From Armatimonadota bacterium (GTDB lineage: Bacteria; Armatimonadota; HRBIN16): a stretch of DNA of 64,000 nucleotides. The stretch is from NCBI GenBank assembly GCA_963677485.1, contig OY781964.1, forward strand, positions 1,696,001-1,760,000, in the 5' to 3' direction. Positions 57,305 through 64,000 of this stretch are shown one piece after another; the first letter of the stretch is position 1; each line of letters begins with the position of its first letter. The position numbers and the translations under genes are program-made. The notes beneath the pieces are model-generated. The model was not told the DNA's origin and did no database searches. It worked only from the letters and a program-made list of their open reading frames with translations.

Positions 57305-58789
57305 CTACTTTTCGGCGGCCCCGGCGTTCTTGGTGGCCTCTTCGCGCGCGGCTTCCATCTCATCCACTGTCTTGGTGTGCAGGCGGGCGGCTCCTTCGTA
57401 GCCCTCTTTCACTGGAATACGCGGCAGGTTGTCGCGCCGCCATTTGGCCTCACCGATGGCCTGCGCATACTGAGGCAGCCATTCGGCCTGCGCAATCAGC
57501 ATATCATCCACCAACTGCCATATCTCGGGTGGCGTACACACCGCCCCCACCAGCGGGTCCATCATGAACGCCTGCCGCAGCAGGTTGATGTCACCATGCA
57601 TGGCGGCCTCCACCGACAGCCTCTGCACGCTGATGCTGGCATTGCACACGGCCGCGCAGCCCAGTGGAAGGTCGCCCACACGCGGGATGCCGATGCCGTT
57701 GCCATCCACGTAGCCCGGAACCTCCACGATGCAGTCATCGGGCAGGTTGGAAATCGCGCCGTGGTTCACCACATTGAAGTGGCCTCGGTAGATACGGCCC
57801 GTCTCAAGACTCTCTACGATGAAGCTGCCATGCTCATGGCTGCGGTCTTCTGGCCGGTGCGTCCACGGGTCAGCCTGCATCCAGTTGGGGAAGTCGTGCT
57901 CAAACCAGTTGCGTCCCTCGTTGCAGACCCGCAGATAGCCGCCTGTCTCACCCATGATCCAGGCATCCAGAGATATCCAGTCGTTGATTTCGCTGGCGCG
58001 CTTGCGGTACCAGGGCAGGTATTCGCTGAGGTGGCCATTCGACTCCGTGCTGTAGTAACCGAAACGCCGGATCATGTCGATGCGCACCTTCTCCTGCTTA
58101 CTAAAGGTCTCGTGTTTTTCGAACGCTTCCAGAATCTTGCCGGTCAGGTCCACACCTTTGTGCTTCACTCCGATGTACCAGGTCTGGTGGTTGATGCCCG
58201 CGCAGATGATGTCAAGCTCTTCCTGCGGGATATTCAACGCCTGCGATATCTGCCAGATGCCGCCATGCACGCCGTGGCATAGCCCCACCACCCGCACGCC
58301 GTATCCGTAATGGTTGGCCGTCCAGGTGTTCATAGCCATGGGGTTGCTGTAGTTCAGCAGCAGGCAGTTGGGGGCCGCGACCTCGCTGATGTCCTTGCAG
58401 ATGCCCCTCATGGCGTGCATGGTGCGCTGACCATACATGATTCCGCCGGCACACAGCGTGTCGCCCACGCACTGATCGACGCCATACTGCAGGGGGATGT
58501 CGATATCGGTCTGGAACGCCTCCAGCCCACCCTGCCTGATGAAGCAGTAGACGTAGTTGGCGTCTTTGAACGCCTCACGGCGGTCCTGGGTGCTGGACAC
58601 AGTGGCGGGTAGACCCGAGCCAGCGATGTCACGCTCCACCAGTTGTTTCACCATATCCAGGTTGTGCTGGTTGATGTCGGTAAACACAAAATGCGTGTCG
58701 GCTAGTTCCGGCACGGCAAGAAGGTCGCGAACAATGATCCGGGTGAAGCCGACGCTGCCAGCTCCGATGACTGCAATCTTTAGCGGCAT
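57305..58789 (-). CDS. melA: GH4 NAD+-dependent alpha-galactosidase/alpha-glucosidase (MelA-like)
   Basis: IGAGSVGF, QCVGDT, NYSNP, GLCHG, GINHQ and TESNGHLSEY. Confidence 0.88.
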   Translation of the reverse strand: MPLKIAVIGAGSVGFTRIIVRDLLAVPELADTHFVFTDINQHNLDMVKQLVERDIAGSGLPATVSSTQDRREAFKDANYVYCFIRQGGLEAFQTDIDIPLQYGVDQCVGDTLCAGGIMYGQRTMHAMRGICKDISEVAAPNCLLLNYSNPMAMNTWTANHYGYGVRVVGLCHGVHGGIWQISQALNIPQEELDIICAGINHQTWYIGVKHKGVDLTGKILEAFEKHETFSKQEKVRIDMIRRFGYYSTESNGHLSEYLPWYRKRASEINDWISLDAWIMGETGGYLRVCNEGRNWFEHDFPNWMQADPWTHRPEDRSHEHGSFIVESLETGRIYRGHFNVVNHGAISNLPDDCIVEVPGYVDGNGIGIPRVGDLPLGCAAVCNASISVQRLSVEAAMHGDINLLRQAFMMDPLVGAVCTPPEIWQLVDDMLIAQAEWLPQYAQAIGEAKWRRDNLPRIPVKEGYEGAARLHTKTVDEMEAAREEATKNAGAAEK

Positions 58790-58811
58790 GATGATCTCTC
58801 CTGCGAAACTG

Positions 58812-59798
58812 TTACTTGGCCTCTTTGGCAGCTTTAGCGGCATCCTGCCAGGCTTTGTCAAAACGGGGCATGCTGATCTTGATTTTCGCCGCTATTCGCA
58901 TTATGGCAAGTTCCTTGTCCAGATCGCGCTTGCTTTTGGACAGCATGAGCATACGGGTCAAATCATCTTTCACAGAATCAAAGGAAGGTGTTTCTTTTTG
59001 TCTGCGTTCCAGTACTTTTACCACCAGATATATCTTTGTGGTCTTCGCGTTTTCGCCTTCACCTTCCACGGCACCATCCAGCGCGAACGGACCCACGGGG
59101 CTGTTCGGCAGAGCGGTCCAGATCAGCGGCCATACAGCATCGGGCCAGGAGGAGGGGGTCATCCATTCGTTGATCACACCGTCTTTGTCACGGCTGGGAT
59201 GGATGGAGTTTTCACGAGCGATCTGAGAGAAGTCCACAGTTTTCGCCGCCTCCAGCACCGCATTGGCCGCCTCTTCGGTGGCGCACTGCACAAGCTGGAT
59301 TTTGACCGCTTCAGGAACAGTGATCTCATTAAGGTGATCGTTGTAATACTTTTTCACATCCTCAGGAGTGGTGGTGATCCCTTTGGTGCGGATGTTGAAC
59401 TTGGAAAGCTCCACGGTCAGGTCATCGCGGTAATCCGCCTCTGTGTATCCTAACTGATCTAGGTTGGCTTGGAAATCCTTCTTGGCCTTCAAGCGGACCA
59501 TCTCGGCATCGAGTTGCGGCTTAGTGGGCAGCACTCCGTCCTTTTTGGCCAGCTCCAGCACCAGGCTGCGGTCGATCAGGTTCCGCAGTGCCACATAGCC
59601 TGCCTGCACCGTCACCGGTTTGCCTATAGAATCTGTGCCCACAGGAATAGGAACACGCTCGAGTTCCATGATATAGTCATCGCGGCTGATCTTTTGGCCG
59701 TTCACCTCAGCTACATTGGTATCGGCCCACAATGTTGCCACCGCAAGCGCACTCAACCCCACCAACGCCACAAAACTGTAGTTTATTTTAATCCGCAT
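58812..59798 (-). CDS. SurA/PrsA-like parvulin peptidyl-prolyl isomerase chaperone
   Basis: Signal peptide; VAEVNGQKISR and FSQIARENSIHPSRDKDG. Confidence 0.85.
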   Translation of the reverse strand: MRIKINYSFVALVGLSALAVATLWADTNVAEVNGQKISRDDYIMELERVPIPVGTDSIGKPVTVQAGYVALRNLIDRSLVLELAKKDGVLPTKPQLDAEMVRLKAKKDFQANLDQLGYTEADYRDDLTVELSKFNIRTKGITTTPEDVKKYYNDHLNEITVPEAVKIQLVQCATEEAANAVLEAAKTVDFSQIARENSIHPSRDKDGVINEWMTPSSWPDAVWPLIWTALPNSPVGPFALDGAVEGEGENAKTTKIYLVVKVLERRQKETPSFDSVKDDLTRMLMLSKSKRDLDKELAIMRIAAKIKISMPRFDKAWQDAAKAAKEAK

Positions 59799-59968
59799 TA
59801 TAGCCTCCAGTATTTGATTCATCTGCCGTGTAGTATAACAGCAATGACACGACGGGCATGATTCTTCCCACCAGTTTATATAGACTGTGCGAAAGCCGGT
59901 TTAGCTACATGCGGCAAATGGGTATCATAGATATGTGTGCGTAAGTGTGATGAATTCAGGGAGATGAA

Positions 59969-61240
59969 ATGAGATATTTCGGGATATTCGCGGCGATAGT
60001 TACCATATTCTGTGCAGTCACGACAGGGCAGACGCAGGTCACTCAAGTAAATGTGATGCGCAACGGGGCTGCAGGAGACACAAAGACCGACGACACCGCC
60101 GCGTTCCAGCAAACTCTAAACGAACTCGCCAAGACGGGCGGCACGGTGATGGTGCCGCAAGGACGATTCCTGATCAAAGGCAACTTGAATGTGCCCGATA
60201 ATGTGACCATAGAGGGTATCTGGAAGGCACCTAACGCCGGGCTGAGTTACCAGGGAAGTGTGCTGCTAGTCACGGCCGGAGCCGGTGAAGAGGCCGGTGC
60301 CCCCTTCATCACACTGAATAAAAACAGCGGGATCAAGGGACTGACCATTTTCTACCCCGACCAAAACGCCGATAAGCCGGTCGCATACCCTTACACCGTG
60401 GCCAGCTCCGGCGCAGAGAACCCCAGCATCATCGACTGCACGATCCTGAACCCCTACCAGGCGGTCGACTTCGGCAGCAAGGGCAGCACCCGCCATACCA
60501 TCCGCGGTCTGTATGGCCAGCCGCTGCGCCGGGGCATCTATGTGAATAACAGCCTCGATGCGGGCCGCATTGAGAATGTGCATTTTGGTCCCTTCTGGGC
60601 GTGGGAGGGCAAACCGGCACTTCAGAAATTCCAGCGCGAGAACGGTGAGGCGTTCATCTTCGCCCGCACCGACTGGCAGATGGTGTCCTACAGCTACTGC
60701 TCGGGATACAAAGTGGGTTACCGGTTCATGCGCAGTGCTGCGGGTGTGGCTTTTGGCAGCTTCTCCGGCCTCGCGGCGAATGATTGCCGTTATGCCGTGG
60801 TGGTGGAAGATTGCGCGAAACAGGGTCTGCTTATCTCCAACGGCCAGTTTGGGGTGGGTGCTGCTGCCGACTCCACACAGCTCACGGTTAAAGCCACCAA
60901 CTCGGGCCGCATACAGCTCAACAACTGCTCCCTGTGGGGACCGGCACTTTTCAACTTGCGGGTGGCTGGCAAAGGGGCCGTCATGCTAAGCAACTGCAAT
61001 CTTTCGGATTGGGCATCAGCAGCCAGACCGGGGGCCGCGATAGAAGCGTTTGGCGGCGACATCAGCGTGACCGGATGCCAGTTTGGAGGCATATACGGGC
61101 CTGCGCTATCGCTGCGTAAAGGCACGCGGTCAGGCATCTTCGTGGGGAACAGCGTGAAGGGGGTAGTTGGGGTGTTGAACGGCTCCAATGTGCCGTTGGC
61201 CGAGAGCGGTAACCTCACGGCAGTATCCCCAGGACGATAG
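59969..61240 (+). CDS. Secreted pectate_lyase_3-like beta-helix glycosidase
   Basis: VNVMRNGAAGDTKTDDTAAFQ, GGTVMVPQG and GRIENVHF. Confidence 0.8.
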   Translation: MRYFGIFAAIVTIFCAVTTGQTQVTQVNVMRNGAAGDTKTDDTAAFQQTLNELAKTGGTVMVPQGRFLIKGNLNVPDNVTIEGIWKAPNAGLSYQGSVLLVTAGAGEEAGAPFITLNKNSGIKGLTIFYPDQNADKPVAYPYTVASSGAENPSIIDCTILNPYQAVDFGSKGSTRHTIRGLYGQPLRRGIYVNNSLDAGRIENVHFGPFWAWEGKPALQKFQRENGEAFIFARTDWQMVSYSYCSGYKVGYRFMRSAAGVAFGSFSGLAANDCRYAVVVEDCAKQGLLISNGQFGVGAAADSTQLTVKATNSGRIQLNNCSLWGPALFNLRVAGKGAVMLSNCNLSDWASAARPGAAIEAFGGDISVTGCQFGGIYGPALSLRKGTRSGIFVGNSVKGVVGVLNGSNVPLAESGNLTAVSPGR

Positions 61241-61352
61241 CGGCGTATACGCGATGTTGCTGATTCTAGTGGCAAATTGAGCTACCGGGGTTGGTGTAGC
61301 GGCTTGCTTATGTGTGAGACGTGCATAGAACTCGTGCTGACACCGCAGCCCA

Positions 61353-61437
61353 TCGTAGGGGCGTCCCTTGTGGGCACCCTAATCGTTGTTCATATGATGG
61401 TTCTCGTTTTGGGCGCCCACAAGGGACGCCCCTACGA
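61353..61437. repeat. 85-bp GTAG-type REPIN (copy of 32111-32195)
   Basis: Near-identical arms and a related spacer beginning AATCGTTGTTCA. Confidence 0.85.
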
Positions 61438-61551
61438 CCAGCTACGTACAATCGTCAGAGCAACCCGTGGCTATAAGACCTGCTACCCACTTCGTGGGTG
61501 CCAGACCATGCGCAGCGTGTGACCTCGCCCATGGCTATATGAATCCTCGCC

Positions 61552-63354
61552 TCATCCCCCGACGGTGCTCTCAAGCGACTGCCGGTCGACCAGCCCGGCG
61601 TAGATGCCGCCCAGCTCCACTAGCTCGTCGTGCGTGCCCAGCTCAGCCAGATGGCCATCGGCGATGACCGCAATCTGCTCCGCATCGCGGACGGTGCTCA
61701 GGCGGTGGGCCACGACCACGGTGGTGCGATTCTGCATCAACTCATTCATGGCCTGCTGCACAATGCTTTCACTCTCGCTGTCCAGCGCGCTGGTGGCCTC
61801 GTCCATGATGATGATCTGCGGGTCCTTCAGGAAGGCCCGCGCGATGGAGATGCGCTGCTTTTGCCCCCCGCTCAGACGCACGCCGCGCTCACCGACCATG
61901 GTTTCATATCCATCGTCCAGCCCCAGTATGAATTCGTGGGCGTAGGCACGGCGAGCGGCCTCCATCACCTCATCCATGCTGGCGTCGGGACGACCATAAA
62001 GGATGTTGTCTGAGATGCTGCCAGAAAAGAGGATGGGTTCCTGTGGGATGAGCGCGATCTGAGAGCGCAACGAGTAGATGGTGTAGTCACGCACATCGTG
62101 ACCATCGATCAGGATGCGCCCCTCCTGCCACTCATAGAACCGCATCAGCATATGGGTGACGGTGGTCTTGCCGCCCCCACTGGGCCCCACCAGTGCCAAC
62201 GAGCTGCACGCGGGGATGTGGATGTTCAAGCCGCTGAGCACCGGGTTCTCGTTGCCGGGGTAGGTAAAACTGAGGTTTTCGATAGTGATTTCGCCCTTGA
62301 AGGCAGGAGCCGCGACCGCATCGGGTCGATCGGCCACCTCAGGCTCCACGTCGAATATCGCGAAGATGCGGTCGGTGGCCCCTAACGCGGCGGCGACCAC
62401 CAACTGCATCTCGTTCAGCCACTCAAACGGGGTATAGAGCGAACCCTGCATCATCACAAACTGCGTCAGAAGGCCGATGCTGACGTTACCGTATGTCAAC
62501 GCGATATAACCGCCGGCCCCGATCACTATCAACTGCGCCAGACTGCGGGAGAGAGTCATACAGGCCTGGCTCAGACCGTCCAGTTGGCTGTTGCTCACGC
62601 CGATGTTCACCAGCGCGATGTTGTCATCGAGGAAACGCTGCGCCTCTTCGTCCTCGCCGGTGAACGCCTTCACCACGGTGGTGGCGGAGAGCTTCTCCTG
62701 CGCGTTACCGCTGAGCTGGGCCATACGGTCGCGGATATCGCGGCTGTTTTGCTTCACTTTCCAGCCAATCTTGCGCTGGATCAGCAGTTGCACCGGCAGC
62801 ATACACACACTGAGCAGTCCAAGTATCGGGTTTTGCCATATAAAGTAGCCCACCACCACCACGATCATGCCGATGCTCATCCAAACCTGCACAAACGCCT
62901 TGCTGACGAATGGTTGAATAGAATCGATGTCGCCCACGAGTCGGCTTGTCAGGGATCCAGAGCGGTTAGCGTCGAAAAAGCTGTGGCTGAGTTTCTGGAT
63001 ATGCCCGTAGAGGTCGCAGCGCAGGTTGCACATCACCAACTGAACGGCCCTGGCTCCGACTGAGGTGCGCAAGAATACAAAGGTGGGGGTCAGCAAGGCC
63101 ACGCCGGCACCGTTCACGAGCAGGTGGCGGAGTTGAAGCCAGGCGTGCGGGCCGCTGATTTTGCCGGCACCGGATTCGACCAGCACGTTGATCGACTGCC
63201 CCACCACCCAGGCCATCGCCACAGGGGTCAGCAGTTTGACCAGACCAAACACTGTAGCGGCGGCGAAATAGGGCCAGTAGGGGCGGATATAGGCGATCAG
63301 CCGTCGAAGATTGCGAGCGTGTGCCTTCTTTTCGGTTGGAGTATCAGATGTCAT
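61552..63354 (-). CDS. ABC exporter, fused permease/ATPase (MsbA/Sav1866-like)
   Basis: TM domain; GPSGGGKT, LSGGQKQR and DEATSALD. Confidence 0.93.
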   Translation of the reverse strand: MTSDTPTEKKAHARNLRRLIAYIRPYWPYFAAATVFGLVKLLTPVAMAWVVGQSINVLVESGAGKISGPHAWLQLRHLLVNGAGVALLTPTFVFLRTSVGARAVQLVMCNLRCDLYGHIQKLSHSFFDANRSGSLTSRLVGDIDSIQPFVSKAFVQVWMSIGMIVVVVGYFIWQNPILGLLSVCMLPVQLLIQRKIGWKVKQNSRDIRDRMAQLSGNAQEKLSATTVVKAFTGEDEEAQRFLDDNIALVNIGVSNSQLDGLSQACMTLSRSLAQLIVIGAGGYIALTYGNVSIGLLTQFVMMQGSLYTPFEWLNEMQLVVAAALGATDRIFAIFDVEPEVADRPDAVAAPAFKGEITIENLSFTYPGNENPVLSGLNIHIPACSSLALVGPSGGGKTTVTHMLMRFYEWQEGRILIDGHDVRDYTIYSLRSQIALIPQEPILFSGSISDNILYGRPDASMDEVMEAARRAYAHEFILGLDDGYETMVGERGVRLSGGQKQRISIARAFLKDPQIIIMDEATSALDSESESIVQQAMNELMQNRTTVVVAHRLSTVRDAEQIAVIADGHLAELGTHDELVELGGIYAGLVDRQSLESTVGG

Positions 63355-63569
63355 ATCGTCTCACCATTTATGGATATAGTATACCCAATCTGGCGTCGGC
63401 ACCCTGGAAGCGGCTTAGGCTGTAGAGGCGGGGGATGGTATCCCATATAAATAAGCACCAGTTGATCTTCGATTCCGCGACATAAATGTCTCGGCACAGG
63501 ATGGATACAACCCCAATCTGTATTTATGGGCAACTAACGTGTCCTTTAAGGGCATGGGTTCAAGCATTA

Positions 63570-64000
63570 TCACACCCTCCGATCCTCGATGAACGCCAGC
63601 GTCTGCTCAAGCGAGGGCAGACCGGTTCTGCCGCCTTGCTTCTGGCATTTGATGGCGGCGACAGCCGATGCAAACTCCGCACACCGGGCGGTATCCCATC
63701 CTGACGCAAGGCCGTAGGCAAACGCACCATGGAACGAATCGCCGGCGCCGGTGGTGTCGACCGCATCGACCTTGAAGGCTTTACCGACCCCACGGGAGGT
63801 TGGGTCGGAGTAGACATATCCCTCAGAACCCAGCGTGATCACAGCCGTGGTTGGACCGCAGGCGTGAATGGAATCCAGGGCCGCATCCAGGTTTTGGGCG
63901 TAGCCGTTTTGGTATGCATAATGCTTCGGCACAATCAGCACATCTATATAACGCAGCAGCTCGTGGTTCTGCGGGGCTGGGATAATGTCAGCGACCACTG
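63570..64000 (-). CDS. PfkB family carbohydrate kinase (5' end outside window)
   Basis: ITLGSEG and VDTTGAGDSFHGAF. Confidence 0.9.
   Translation of the reverse strand, partial: VVADIIPAPQNHELLRYIDVLIVPKHYAYQNGYAQNLDAALDSIHACGPTTAVITLGSEGYVYSDPTSRGVGKAFKVDAVDTTGAGDSFHGAFAYGLASGWDTARCAEFASAVAAIKCQKQGGRTGLPSLEQTLAFIEDRRV

Noticed and set aside
15226-59453. Long antisense ORFs (e.g. 15226..16389, 20257..21198, 24719..25564, 31149..32069, 57227..58282, 58557..59453)
   Set aside because: They mirror well-supported genes on the opposite strand, as expected with GC-rich codon usage.

Overview
Bacterial chromosomal window, moderately GC-rich. Protein content (C-terminal dockerin-like tag, SSS transporter type, many uncharacterised secreted glycosidases, no SusC/D) suggests an Armatimonadota/Planctomycetota-like polysaccharide degrader; this taxonomy is inference only. 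Most of the window is carbohydrate catabolism: an SSS symporter, CBM9-like, GH95-like, GH172/DUF2961, three GH20 modules, GH78, a GH2 fusion, GH4, beta-helix proteins, a GntR/LacI regulator, PfkB and an ABC exporter. Accessory features: (1) an AT-rich SF1 helicase gene missing from the ORF track (1..2886, minus strand, runs off the window) next to a RelBE-type TA pair; (2) three tandem paralogous membrane-protein genes of an unrecognised family coupled to a winged-HTH gene, with a decayed second wHTH start in the spacer; (3) a glycyl radical enzyme with no activase in the window; (4) a 14-blade RCC1-like protein with near-identical repeats varying at two loops; (5) many intergenic REP/MITE-like palindrome families, including a nested cluster of 8-10-bp periodic repeats. 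No rRNA, tRNA, CRISPR, integrase, transposase or reverse transcriptase was recognised. All family assignments come from motif recall, not database searches.
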